A program made the position numbers and the translations under genes. Source: Octopus sinensis (taxonomy: Eukaryota). Taken from it: a DNA stretch of 64,000 nucleotides. The stretch covers positions 11,966,001-12,030,000 of the forward strand of contig NC_043023.1 in the NCBI RefSeq assembly GCF_006345805.1. The letters are read 5' to 3'. This document shows positions 28,407 through 43,067 of the stretch, piece by piece. The notes under the pieces are model-generated. The model saw nothing but the letters and a program-made list of their open reading frames with translations, was not told the origin of the DNA and did no database searches. Numbering within the stretch: position 1 is the first letter of the stretch; each line of letters opens with the position of its first letter.

Positions 28407-28641
28407 GGTACTACCTAAGAAGAGTGGTCCCAGTGTGCGCACTCACATAAGCTAATCGTGACAAGGAGATCCTACGACTACCTAGCAAAGTAAATAAAAG
28501 CAAAATAATTTTTTTTTACACAAAATAAAACAATTTTTTACGCAAAGTAAATAAAATACAAAAAACACAAAGTAAGGATCGACTAGTCACGACTATTTAG
28601 CGCGGATGCGCGCCCCGGGACTAATATTCTTAAGTAGTGCC
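28407..28641. mobile_element. Merlin-like MITE (GG termini, 8-bp TSD)
   Basis: TIR GGTACTAC...GTAGTGCC; flanks CAGACTCT/CAGGCTCT (7 of 8 match). Confidence 0.7.
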
Positions 28642-29029
28642 CAGGCTCTTACAGTTCAAATTCCATTGAGGTCGTCTTTGCCCTTTCTCTTTTCGGAATT
28701 GATAAAATAAAAAGCAGTAGAGCACCCGAGTCCATGACACAGACTCACGCCTATCCGCCAAATTTCAGACCGTGGGCCTAAAGTACAAAATATTATTCTC
28801 ATCGTCATTTTATTAACCCAGAAAATATTGAAAGTCGAAGACAACCTCGGCGGTAAATCCTGACTTCAAAAACGGCCGAGGTTGACCTTGTCCCTTTTTC
28901 CATTCAAGGAATTCTGGGCTCCCTTTAAATGACATTCTGCTCGCATCAAAGATCGCTGACCCTGGGTCAAAGTTCAAAATAATTCCTATTATTAATATAA
29001 CCTTAAAGCAAAGGTAAAATTAACTGCAC

Positions 29030-29405
29030 CGCTTTACCTTCCTTTCATAAAATAACTGGCTTTATATTACACGTAACCGTCGGTCTCAGGATTTCATAAA
29101 CAACAGATCAACATTTCAGTTTGGAAATTATTAATTAAGACGAGCAAATTATATTTTCCTAATGTTATGGTTCTGCTTCGAAACACTGTCACACCGAGAG
29201 ATTCACATAATTCTATTATTTTACATTGTTATTAGTAATATTATTAACGTCAATGTTTGCCGACTTACCGTATTCAGATATTAGCAACAACTAATTAACA
29301 GCTAATTAATATTTTCGATGCTTCGAGGTTCAAGTATTGAAGAGGTTATTTCCCTTTAAAGGATTGTATTTCATCAACTCGCCAGTAGATGGCTCTGCTA
29401 ACTGG
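29030..29405 (-). promoter_or_regulatory. Orphan promoter/exon 1 cassette with no matching ZNF exon nearby
   Basis: Donor 29263-29268; CCAGTAGATGGCTC 29382-29395. Confidence 0.6.
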
Positions 29406-30155
29406 CTACATTTTTCCCGCGTCAGTGTCCTTTTGACTGTAGCCATGCTGGAGCACCGCCTTTAGTCAAGCAAATCGACCCCAGGACTTAATCTTTGTAG
29501 ACCTAGTACTTATTCTATCGGTGTCTTTTCCCGAACCGCTAAGATACGGTGACATAAACACACTAGCATCGGTTGTCAAGCAATGTTGGTGGGGACAAAC
29601 ACATACATATATATATATGATGGGATTCTTTCCGCTTGCCAAATCCACTTACAAAGCTTTGGTCGGCCCGAGGCTATAGTAGAAGACACTTGCCCAAGGT
29701 GCCACGCAGTGGGACTGAACCCGGAACCATGTAGTTCATAAGCAAGCTATTCACCAAACAGCCACTCCTAGGCCTAGATATAGATTGATAAAATAAACAC
29801 AAAATGTTTAGTCTAATTTTTTATTCCTTATTCTTTATTAACAAATTTCTCAAAATCCAACTGCAGGCATTATCTCAGAGTCAATATTTTTACAGATGAA
29901 GGGGAAAAAACAAGTCTTTTAGCAGGAAAAATGAACTCCATTACTGAGATGTACTTGCATAGCATGTAACCTGATCTGAGATCGTGTGCCGGAACGAAAA
30001 CAATTACAGCGTGGAAGGTGTTTATAAGCCATTTAAGAAACACACAAAAACCGTTAGATTCACTTCAACATTTAATTTAAATTTATCAAAATATTTTCGT
30101 CGCTTTGAGACCGCGACCTGCTCACTGACAAAACTTCATTCTGACATTGATTCAC

Positions 30156-31632
30156 TTAGACTTGTGTGTGAATACCCAAATGTGAATGCCTGTGGCATTT
30201 TGGGGAGAACAGTTTACCACTGATGTCACACTGACATAGCTTCTCTCCTGTATGAATGCCTTAATGTAAAGTTAAGTCAGGTCTATGAGAGAATGATGTA
30301 CCACAGACATAACCATGATATAGCTTCTCTCTCATATGAACATGTTCATATATTGTTAAAACACTATTTTCAGAAAATGAATTACCAAAGGTAGTTATGG
30401 CTTCTCTCCTGGATGTGTCTGTTTGTCTAGTCAAGGAATTCATTTGAGAGAATGATTTACCAGATATCACAGTGATATGGTCTCTATCTTGTCTGAGTAC
30501 ATTTGTGACAAGTTAAAACGATATTTTCAGAAAATGATTAACCACAAATATCACAATGATATGGCTTCTCTCCCATATGAATAACTTTCTGACTTGTTAA
30601 AGCACTATTTTCAGAAACTAGTATGCTCCGATGGATGTGTAATGTCAGCATTCATACTCGGCAGAGTGTAAGTAACTTTAGAGAAAAGCTGGACCTAAGA
30701 AGCATCAGTTGTGGTGTGCAAGAGAGACGTTTGCTCTGGTATGGGCATGTGGCGAGAATGGATGAAGATAGTTGTGTGAAAAAGTGCCACACCCTAGCGG
30801 TTGAGGGAACCTGTGGAAGAGGCAGACCTAGGAAAACCTGGGACGAGGTGGTGAAGTACGACCTTCGAACTTTAGGTCTCACTGAAATGACTAGAGACCG
30901 AGACCTCTGGAAGTGTGCTGTGCGCGAGAAGACCCGGCAGGACAAGTGAGACCATAACCCGTGGCCTTCTATATGGGATGGAGCCAGCCTACGTATGCAT
31001 ACCTTGTGAAGACCTGTTGAGGCAAGTGAGGATCAGAATCGAAATCGATCATTGGAAATTGCAGATGTGTTACCAGTGCCGGTGGCATGTAAGAGAACCA
31101 GCTGTTCGTGACTGTTGCCAGCGCTGCCCCGACTGGCCTCGTGCCGGTGGCACGTAAAAAGCACCATCCGCTCGTGTCCGTTGCCAGCCTCGCCTGGCCC
31201 CTGTGCCGGTGGCACATAAAAGCACCATCCGTTCGTGGCCGTTTGCCAGCTCTGTCTGGCACCTGTGCGGGTGGCACGTAAAAAGCACCCACTACACTCA
31301 CGGAGTGGTTGGCATTAGGAAGGGCATCCAGCCGTAGAAACACTGCCAGATCTGACTGGGCCTGATGAAGCCTTCCGGCTTCACAGACCCCAGTTGAACC
31401 ATCCAACCCATGCTAGCATGGAAAACGGACGCTAAACGATGATGATGATGATGATAATTTACTACAGATATCACAGTGATATGGTTTTCCCCCAGTATGA
31501 ATCTGTTTGTATTTACACAAATGATTATAACAAAAGAATAATTTACTACAGATATCAAAACACTGTGGTTTCTCTTTTGTATGAATAAGTTTGTGACTAG
31601 TTAAACACTATTTCCTGAAAATTATTTACTCT
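30156..31632 (-). pseudogene. Decayed 3' half of gene D finger array, split by an RTE insertion
   Basis: Degenerate fingers at 30156-30615 and 31455-31632, ending in an IHTQV-stop-like sequence. Confidence 0.75.
30618..31454 (+). mobile_element. 5'-truncated RTE-clade LINE (ORF C-terminus, 3' UTR, (GAT)n tail)
   Basis: RRLLWYGHVARM...GRGRPRKTW...RDRDLW motif. Confidence 0.88.
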
Positions 31633-31835
31633 GGGTTGGCAATGAGTATACTGAAGAATACAGGGTGGGAGTCCACCAAGGATCAGTCCCTTCTCAGACC
31701 CTTCTCATTCATCATAGTCCACCAGACAATGTGTTCGTTTCTGTTTAATGAATTCATGCCTTGAGAGGATTTAAACACACAAATATATATATGTATAAAC
31801 TAGCAGTATAGCCCGGCGTTGCTTGGGTTTGTTTT
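31633..31835. mobile_element. RT fragment (GVHQGS) plus a Helitron-like 3' end (hairpin + CTAG, minus strand)
   Basis: GGAGTCCACCAAGGATCA; ACTAGCAGTATAGCCCGGCGTTGCTTGGG. Confidence 0.55.
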
Positions 31836-31980
31836 TTAGTTGTGATCAAATCAGCGGACTTTGATGTCGCATTAACAGAGTTTTGACACAGTTTCAACCT
31901 ATGAACAAATGTATAGAGTAGCGATGCTCGACTTTGCTCTGAATGTGCTGCAAATGTGTAATGCCGACTTCACTTGTTGG

Positions 31981-32886
31981 TTAATATTCCTTGTGACTAG
32001 TTAAATCGCTATTTCTAAAAAATGTTTTACCACAGATATCAAAGTGATGAGTTTTTCCCTCAGTGTGAATACGTAAGTGATAAGTCAACTGACTATTATA
32101 AAAGAATGATTTACCGCAGACATCACAAGAATATGGATTCTCCCCAGTATGAACACTTTTGTGACAAGTTAAAACGCTATTTCGAGCAAATGATTTACCA
32201 CAAATATCACACTGAAATGGTTTTTCTCCTGTATGAGTACGTTTGTATACAGTCAAGTCCCCACTTTGAGAGAATGATTTACCACAGATATCACAATGAT
32301 ATGGCTTTACTCCTGTATGTGTACGTTTGTGTTGAGTCAAGTTAGTCCTACACAAGAATGATTTACCACAGATATCACAATGATATGGCTTTTCTCCTGT
32401 GTGTGTACGATTGTGTTGAGTTAAAGTGCTATTTGAAGAAAATGATTTATCACATATATCACAGTGATATGGTTTTTCTCCAGTATGTGTATATTTGTGA
32501 AGAGTCAAGTTACTCCTTTGAGAGAATGATTTACCACAGATATCACAACGATATGGCTTTTTTCCTGTATGCGTACGTTTGTGTTGAGTTAAATCGCCAT
32601 TTTGAGAAAATGATTTATCACATATATCACAGTGATATGGTTTTTCTCCTGTATGGATACGTCTGTGACCAGTCAACTGACTATTATAATTGAAGGATGT
32701 ACCACAAATATCACAGAAATATTGTTTTACTCTTGCATCCTCGTTTTTAGCTTCAGTTAATTTATTCATTGTGAGAGAATAATTTATTATACATATCACA
32801 ATAATAATGTTTCCTTCATCTCTATAAACATCTTTGATTTCAGTTCTGCAACTATTTCCAGAAAAGAATTTGAAGCTGTGTTTCAT
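31981..32886 (-). CDS. C2H2 zinc-finger protein D, about 9 fingers (some degenerate), truncated by an insertion
   Basis: ATG 32886 (family-conserved ATG 32769); exon 2 starts 33170. Confidence 0.8.
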   Translation of the reverse strand: MKHSFKFFSGNSCRTEIKDVYRDEGNIIIVICIINYSLTMNKLTEAKNEDARVKQYFCDICGTSFNYNSQLTGHRRIHTGEKPYHCDICDKSFSQNGDLTQHKRTHTGKKPYRCDICGKSFSQRSNLTLHKYTHTGEKPYHCDICDKSFSSNSTLTQHNRTHTGEKPYHCDICGKSFLCRTNLTQHKRTHTGVKPYHCDICGKSFSQSGDLTVYKRTHTGEKPFQCDICGKSFARNSVLTCHKSVHTGENPYSCDVCGKSFFYNSQLTYHLRIHTEGKTHHFDICGKTFFRNSDLTSHKEY

Positions 32887-34639
32887 TCTTCTGTGATCTT
32901 ACTTAATATCTAAATCAGCAGGTGGAAATTGTCAACTCGTTTGTAAAGTTATCCAACGTTAATTAACCTGTAAGGCAATCACTTCCTCTACATTCCAAAC
33001 TGTGAAGACAAGACAAATATTGTATTCTTAGATTGTATTCATATAAATTTTGATGTATTGATGAATGCTGCTGATAAATTATGTCATCTTGCTTTAGTTG
33101 ATGAAACGACATCAAAATATGAAAGGCACATCTGAATGAAGTTTCTTGTGGGTCAACATAAGGTGATATTCTGAAATAGGAAAAGAAACATCAAGATAAA
33201 GAGAATAGTTAAATGATACACTAATTCAATGTTGCAAGTTTTACAACATGAACACTGTCATCGATTAAATGTTTTTAGGGGTCAGAGTTCATTGAGGCAT
33301 TGAAAGAATGGCATAACGACATGTGTTACGCCCTAAATTTGTTTCCTTATACCTTTAAAAAAGAATCAATGTTTGATATATCCAAGACGAGGAAGCATAT
33401 TATCTCAATGTTTCTATGTTTTCCCTTCTATGTGATGACTGTAAGTTCGAAGGGTTCATATAATCCTACAGGGTGGACCAGAATTCATGACTTACTTATT
33501 AGTCATCTTTCCCAGCATGCTTCTTTTATTATTTAAATTTACTAATTTATTCCTTAATAAATGTATTAATAAATATTAATACATTATTAATATATAAAAA
33601 ATTTAACGAACAAGTGAGTCAAGGATTCTGGTCAACCCTGTATTATTTAGAGGAAGAATCCTTTGCTCATCGGACAAAATGCTCAACAGCATCTCGTTCT
33701 TCTATAGTTTTGTTAAGCGGCATTTAATCGTTTTTCAGTCTCAGACTCGTCAAGATTCTTTTGTTAGTTTAAATGAGCACGTGTTGTCAGCACTAAATTA
33801 ATGAAATATCATCAGTAATACGGCTTTTTTGACATCGATCTCGTTTTCTTCTTAGAAATTTACACACACAAACGAAGCAGGTAAGAAGGAACCCTAGCCG
33901 CATACACACACATGCACAGAAATGCATACATACATCTATATAACTTGGACATTATAAATATGCAAGGCTTTTCTCAAGTTTAAACTGCCACATTGATTTT
34001 GTTATCTACATTCCACACAAATACAGAGAAGAAATATGTATGTGCATCGAGAGAGCATTATTAGTGATAATATTTCATGTGTTTATAGTTGACAGCATGT
34101 GCTATAACGAAAGGGGGACTAACGAATGAATCTTGACAAAAGGATGTTTAGCTTAGAAGTTCCCGAGGAAAAACTGAATTTATTTCAAAAGGATTATATT
34201 TTAGTCAAAGTTACGAGGGAAAAACTTGGATCTTGTGAATTTTCCGAAGTCCTAACCCCACCCCGTTGCTTCCAAAGCATTTTTGTTTTCAGATTCGTTC
34301 CCTACGTGGATGTGAAATAGAAAGACGTCCATTTTCCTCAAATTTACAAGGGAAAAACATCGGATTTTCCGAAGTCCTTTCCTGACCCCATCGCAAAACA
34401 TTTTCCCCACAAATTTCTTTATAATCGTGAGCTATACCGTTTGAAACGTATTTATACTAAATTTCATTTACAAAAAACCCCCATTTTCCTAAAAGTTACG
34501 AGGGAAAACCTTCGGATCTTGTCAATTTTCCGAAGGCCTCTCACTCTTATTGCTTTCTGCACATTTTTTCTTCAGATCCCTTTTCTACCCGTTGCACTAT
34601 TTCTTTTTCTCGATTTCCTCTCCGGGTAACAACGTCAAC

Positions 34640-35030
34640 ATTACCCTTAATTTCCTTTATACCCCATGTAACAGTGGATTCTAGGTTCCCATAAACCACA
34701 GATCAACATTTAAGTTTGGAAGTTCTTCAGACGAACAAATCTATTTTCCTAATTGTTGTCAGGTTCCCGTTTTGAAATAATTACTCCAACATCCAGAGAA
34801 GTTCACAGAAATCTATTATCATTAGTAGTATTATTATCATGATTACCGCCTTAAAGGAAATCTTGCTCAACTTACCCGATCCAGATATAAACAACGAGTC
34901 AGTGAGGAGTAATTAATCAACGTAATTAAGAATTTAATTGGCGCGAAGGTCAAATGCTGCTGGAGTTGTTTCCCCTTAAATAATTATATTACATGACTTA
35001 TCCTATAGATGGCGCTACTCACTGGGGTCA
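34640..35030 (-). promoter_or_regulatory. Promoter/exon 1 cassette of gene D
   Basis: Donor 34870-34875; CCTATAGATGGCGC 35002-35015. Confidence 0.7.
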
Positions 35031-35998
35031 ATTTTGATTCTTTCACCCGCAAAATTTTCAATGCGAAAAAAAAAACGAATCTCGGGTTTTTTGCGGGGAA
35101 TCAAATACCCTGACCCTTAATATGCTGCAAACTCCTCATTTATATTCAGAAAAAAGGGTTGGGTGAGAAACCACACACCATTCCGGAATCACTTTAAATT
35201 TTTTCTTTTCATAGAATAAATTCTGGTGACCTACTAATATCTCACAAAACCTGTTTTTTGTGGTTTGGAAGACGGGATGGGGTGTGGTGAAAGCCTCAGA
35301 CATTTTCGTAGAAAAAAGCATCTTGATGTAAATAATTTTTGGTGTTAATATGGTCCGATTTTAATTTTTTCTTCTACGGAAGGAAGAGCAATCCTTCTTC
35401 TATCATAGTCTCAACTTTGGTCAACTTGCGCCGCAGGGTCTCGGAGGAGATAGTGTTAGTTGAAGGCTACCAAACCTGCCACACACAGACAGCTTCAGCT
35501 TTATATATAGAGAGAGATTAAATACACAACTGAAAAAGTTACTACTAGTTACATGCTTTTATGACGCTTGAACAGGTATATTTATAAAATGCACCATGTA
35601 TCTTAAAAAAAACAAACCAAATCTGACTGGAACATGGAGCAGCACTCTGGTTTGCCAATTCATGTCACACTTTCCTATCCATGCGTGCATAGAAAATAGA
35701 CATTAAAGGATGATGAAGATGATGATGATGTTGATGATGAAAACACAACAAAGACAAAATCAATGTCACTTAAAACTTTTATTCCTTATTCCCATTCCTT
35801 TATTCTCTCAAAACAAATTCCTCAAAAATCCAGCACAATCATCTTCAGAAATCAAAGTCATCTCTGTGTTGATATACTCAGATATATAAATGATATTGAA
35901 GTTGGTAATGTCAAGCTTGAACAAAAAAAAAACCGTGTCTTTTAGCAGACAAAATATTCATAATTGTTCTCATGTTATAAATTTTGATATTGATACTG

Positions 35999-37635
<1,637 letters not shown>

Positions 37636-39032
37636 TATCTCTCTATATATAAACGGCAAAATGTCTGTGTGTGTGTCCTTTGTACAAATCCACAATTTTT
37701 CAGTTAGAGGGCTCACACTTTCTATGGTCATTCAAAACTGTCCAAGGGTGGTCGTGCACATCTTTACATTTCCCCAGTCACCCCACAAAGCCATTAAATA
37801 TATATATATATAAACGGCAAAATGTCTGTGTGAGTGTCCTTTATACAAATCCACAATTTTTCAGTTAGAGGGCTCGCTATGGTCATTCAAAACCGTCCAA
37901 GGGTGGTCATGCACATCTTTACATTTCCCCAGTCACCCCGCAAAGCCATTAAAAAATTGATAGAATTGACTTTTTTGTGAATTTTCTATCCAAATCCCAA
38001 TCAAAATGCCAGCTAGCTGTATGTGATTGGTCAGAGATTTGGACAGTACTCACGTTTATATTGCTAGACAAAGAATAATTTGTTATACATATGACAATGA
38101 CTGTGCTTGTTTTATTTCTACGAATGTTTGCGTTCAGTTGTGTCACAATCTTCAGACAAAAATTTAGTGTCGTGTTTCTTTCATCTGTCATCTTAAGATC
38201 TGAAACTGCAAATATAAACTGATAACTCTTTTATAAAGTTATCCAAGTTTACTGAAACTGTAAAACGATCACCTCGTCTACATTCCATTATCATTTCTAT
38301 GTTTGCGTTCATTTGTGTCACTATTTTTAGAGAGTAATTAATAAAAGCTTAATGAATCTGTAAATTGATGATCTCCTCTACATTCCAGACATTGAAGACA
38401 AGAAAATGTTGCTGTTAATTCCATTCTCCAGAAGAAATATTTTCCCATTGTTCGTCGAAGATTTTATTCATACAAAGAAGTTGATGTATTGATGAATGCT
38501 CCTTATAAATATATCATCTTCCTTTAATTGATGAAAGTCAATCAAAATATCAGAGCCACGTCTGAATGAAGTAATTTCTTTTATGTCAACATGATGTAAT
38601 ATTCTGAAAAAAGAAAAGAATAAGTAAGAAAAAGAGGATTGTTAAATGACACAGTAATTCAACAGTGCAAATTATATAATATCATCTGTGATCTTATTTA
38701 ACCCTTTCATTACTGTATTTATTTTGAGATGCCCTGTGTTTCTTTCAATTACTTTAAATATAACAAAGAATTTAGTAAAATAACTCAGTTATCATTAAGC
38801 TAGTGTTAGGAACATAAATTGTGACTATGGTTTGGTGGAAGATTTTAATTCAGAACTTTGCCCAACCACTTGGTGACAGGGATGTAAACAAACTAACACA
38901 CAGAGTCAAGAGGTGTGTGGCAGGGAGGTGGACAAACACAGAGACATAATTGTATAAATGATACACTTTCCCCGTACCAAATCCCCTCAGTAGGCTTTAG
39001 TTAGCTCAGGGCTAAAGTAGAAGACACTTATT

Positions 39033-39437
39033 GGATCTTTTCGGTTTCAACGGCACTTTTTTCTAGCAAGGTAACATAAAATTGTCACCCATAATTATAA
39101 CCCTAGTATCGATCTATTGCATTTCAATCTGTTTTAGGATTAGGGGTGGGGGGAAGGGTATGCTTTTTTTTTTCAGAAATGTAAATAAACCCAATCTGTT
39201 TCTTAAACGAGGGACATATTCATACGGCACAGAATGTTTTTTTTACCTCAATAGACTTCAGTGATTGATTGAAATTGCAGAAAAAAAACAACAAATATCT
39301 TACAAACTATAGAATTTTCTCAACAAAGCCAAGAGAAAAAGATCTTTTATAAACACATTCTACCAGTATACGAAGTTTAAAAGTGTTTAGTTACCTAGAA
39401 ATTATGTTAAAAACTGCCATTCAAACGGAAAAGATCC
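39033..39437. mobile_element. Full-length GGATCTTTTC-TIR MITE
   Basis: TIRs at both ends. Confidence 0.8.
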
Positions 39438-39765
39438 GAATTATTTATTTTGTTAAAAAAAGACCCTATTTGTTTAAAAAAAAACCTGTCACACTCGCGG
39501 TAAGCAGTCGTTTTAGAATCCACTAGTCACTACTAGCTAGCGAGTGCGCGCACAGGGACCACTCTTCTTAAATAGTACTCATCATTACTATTATTAACAT
39601 CGCTTTATAGTAAATCTTTGTCGACTTACCGTTTTACCAATAACTCAAAGAACAGGACAGCATTAATTAATGTGGCATTCTTCAATCGGTTTCCTCTCAT
39701 TTTACTAATTAATTTTACAAATGTATTTACTTTACATTATATCTATCGGTGCTCCTTTAGAAACG

Positions 39766-40243
39766 GGTACTACTAGCGAACAGTGGTCCCAGTGCACGCA
39801 CTCGCTAGCTAGTCATAAGTAGTCGATCCTAGAACGACTTGCGCGTATGTTTGTATTTCAAGGCTGAATACACATCAAAGGAAATTAAATGATAAAGGTT
39901 CCGGGATCATTCCCACTGCGTGGCACATTGGACAAGTGTCTTCTACTATAGCCTCGGGCCGACCTAAGCCTTGTAAGTGGATTTGGTAGACGGAAACTGA
40001 AAGAAGCCCGTCATATATATGTATATGTTTCTGTTTCTGTGTTTGTCCCCGTAACTTAGCGGTTCGGCAAAACAGACCGATAGAATAAGTACTAGGCTTC
40101 CAAAGAATAAGTCCTGGGGTCGATTTGCTCGACTAAAGCCGGTGCTCCAGCATGACTGAAACAAGTAAAAGTGTAAACTAAGGTTAGGGTTAGGTTTAGG
40201 GTTAAAAAAGCGCACATTGGAACCACTGTTCTCTAGTAGTACC
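39766..40243. mobile_element. Merlin-like MITE with nested SINE
   Basis: GGTACTACTAG...CTAGTAGTACC; flanks TAGAAACG/TAGAAACA. Confidence 0.72.
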
Positions 40244-40424
40244 TAGAAACACACCTCTGCACGAAAATGACACCTAATTTTTGAAAAAGTTATTAAGACG
40301 GTAAATATAAACAAAATAGATGAAGTATGCAAAAAATGACGAAGATTCATCCAGTTTTAAATATTTTATACTAAAAAATAAAATGTTTTCGCTTCGAGAA
40401 GTTCGCATAACTTTATTATTTAAA

Positions 40425-40883
40425 TTATTAATTAATAGTATTATTACAGTCTTAAAGTAAATCTTTATCAACTTACCGTATTCAGATATAAACAAGCCAG
40501 TGATTGGTAATTAAGCACCTTAATTAATAATTTAATTGGACCGCGGTTGAAGCCTTGTAGAAGTTACTTCCCTTGATATGGTTGTACTTCTATTCTCCAA
40601 TAGATGGCTTTACTATCTGGTTGAAGTCGTTCCAGCTTTTTTTTTTGTCCCATTTTATCAACAATTTCACCGTCAAGTTCTTTCAAACTTTCACCAGATT
40701 ATTATAACGAAGTGTATTCTCATATTCTCTACAACCGTTTCCAACGCATGATTTGACCCCGTCAAAGATACCCTAATACAGAAGACGTCTTCAACATGTG
40801 GCTTCATGACGTGACGTCATGCCGTCGCACTTCCGGTCCTTTCCCTTACGTCATTTCCTCTCCTTTCCAATCATTGTCCTTCC
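40425..40883 (-). promoter_or_regulatory. Promoter/exon 1 cassette of gene E
   Basis: Donor 40471-40476; CCAATAGATGGCTT 40597-40610; TGACGTCA and CTTCCGG at 40810-40836. Confidence 0.7.
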
Positions 40884-41407
40884 GGATCTTTTCGGTTTGA
40901 CCGGCAGTTTTTTCTAGCGGTGTCATATGAAATTGTCACCCATAATTATGACCCTAGAATACATCTATTGCATTTCAATCTGTTTTAGGGGTGGGGGAAA
41001 GGGTATCCTTTTTTCTTCACAAATGTAAATAAACCTAATCTGTTTCTTAAACGAGGGACATATTCATAAGGCACAGAATGCTTTTCACCTCAATAGGAGA
41101 TGATGATGAAAACACAACAAAGACAAAATCAATGTCACTTAAAACTTTTATTCCTTATTCCCATTCCTTTATTCTCTCATAACAAATTCCTCAAAAGTCC
41201 AGCACAATCATCTTCAGAAATCAAAGTCATCTCTGTGTTGATATATTTAGATATATAAATGATATTGAAGTTGTGATTCATGAATTTCATGTTGACATCC
41301 AAGAAACTGAAGTTGATAATGTCAAGCTTGAAGAGGAATAAACCCCGTCTTTTAGCAGACAAAATATTCATAATTGTTCTCATGTTATAAATTTTGATAT
41401 TGATACT

Positions 41408-41548
41408 GTTACACTTGTGTATGAATACTCACACGTGTACTTAAGAGGCCTTTTTTCAAAGAAGGACTCACCACAGATATCACAATGATATGGCTTCTCT
41501 CCTGTATATGTAGCTTTGTGTTTAGTCAAGTCACCACTTTGAGAGTGG
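41408..41548 (-). pseudogene. Extra terminal 1.5-finger fragment with its own 3' UTR
   Basis: [28 protein letters not shown]; same junction at 56780. Confidence 0.75.
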
Positions 41549-41915
41549 ATGAGGATGAGGATGGTGATGATGAAAACACAAAGACAAACTGAATGTCTCT
41601 TAAAGCTTGTATTCCTTATTCCCTTTCCTGTATTCTCTCGTAAGAAATTCCTCAAAAATCCAGCACCATGTTCTTCACAAATCATCACTGTTTTAATATA
41701 TTTAGACACATACATGATACTGAGGTTCATATTCATGAATTTCATATTGACAGTGATGGAATTGAAGTCGATAACATCAAGGAATAAGCCCTGTCTTATG
41801 GCAGACAAAATATTCATAATTGTTGTCCTGTTGTAATAAATTTTGATATTGATATTGTTACACTTGTGTATGAATACTCACATGTGTACTAAAGTGGCTT
41901 TTTTCAAAGAATGAT

Positions 41916-42668
41916 TCACCACAGATATGATTTTTCCCCAGTATGAATAATTTTGTGCCTAGTCAAGTGACTGTTTCGATAAAATGATTTATCACAGATA
42001 TTACAATGATATGGTTTATCTCCTGTATGTGTACGTATGTGACATGTCAAGATACTATTTCTAGAGAATGATTTGCCACAGATATTACAATGATATGCTT
42101 TCTCTCCTGTATGTGTATGTTTGTGACGAGTTAAATCACTATTTAGAGAAAACGATTTACCACAGATATAACACTGATATGGTTTTTCTCCAGTATGAAT
42201 AAATTTGTGAATAGTCAACTGACTATTTCTAGAGAATGATTTCCCACAGATATCACAGTGATGTGGTTTCTCACCTGTATGTGTATGTATGTGACTAGTC
42301 AAGGAACCTCTTTGAGAGAATGATTTACCACAGACATCACAGTGATATGCTTTGTCTCCAGTATGAATATGTTTGTGACGAGCCAAGTTACTATTTTCAG
42401 AGAATGATTTACCACAGATATTGCAATGAAATGGCTTCTCTCCTGTATGTATACGTACATGACTAGTCAAGTGACTACTTTGAGAGAATGATTTACCACA
42501 GACATCACAGTGATGTGGTTTCTCTCCTGTATCAATGCATTTGTGTTTGGTTAAGACTCTTTCTTCAGTGAATGATTTACCACAGATATCACAGTGATAT
42601 GGCTTCCCACCTGAATCAGTTTTGTTTGGTTTTCTTAAATCATTCATTATAAGATAAAACCTTCTCAT
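41916..42668 (-). CDS. C2H2 zinc-finger protein F, 8 fingers; terminal finger frameshifted by a small deletion
   Basis: ATG 42668/42647; exon 2 starts 43042; remnant of last finger to ~41858. Confidence 0.82.
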   Translation of the reverse strand: MRRFYLIMNDLRKPNKTDSGGKPYHCDICGKSFTEERVLTKHKCIDTGEKPHHCDVCGKSFSQSSHLTSHVRIHTGEKPFHCNICGKSFSENSNLARHKHIHTGDKAYHCDVCGKSFSQRGSLTSHIHTHTGEKPHHCDICGKSFSRNSQLTIHKFIHTGEKPYQCYICGKSFSLNSDLTRHKHTHTGEKAYHCNICGKSFSRNSILTCHIRTHTGDKPYHCNICDKSFYRNSHLTRHKIIHTGEKSYLW

Positions 42669-43067
42669 ACGTATCACAATGATAATGATTTTTTCATTTC
42701 TATGAATATATTTGTGTTCAGTTGTGTCAGTATTTTCAGAGAATACTTTAACACCATGTTTCTTTTATATCTAAAACGGCAGATGTAAACAGTTAAAACT
42801 TTTGTAAATTTATCGAAGCTTAATTAACCAAGCAATCACCTTCACTACATTCCAAACAGTGAAGGCAAATGAATGTTGCTATCAATTCCATCGTAGAAGA
42901 AATATTTTCTTATCGTTTGTCGTTGATGCATTAATGAATGTGCCTTATGAATATATGGTCTTCCTTTAATTGATGAAAGTCAATCAAAATATCAGAGGCA
43001 TGTCTAAATGAAGAAATTTCTTTAACGTCAACATGTGATATTCTGAAATAGAAAAAAAGAAGCAGTG

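Noticed and set aside
31355-31385. CTGATGA in the RTE 3' UTR as a hammerhead core (also 8226)
   Set aside because: Other copies read CTGGTGCA or CTGGTACA and no stem II-GAAA follows
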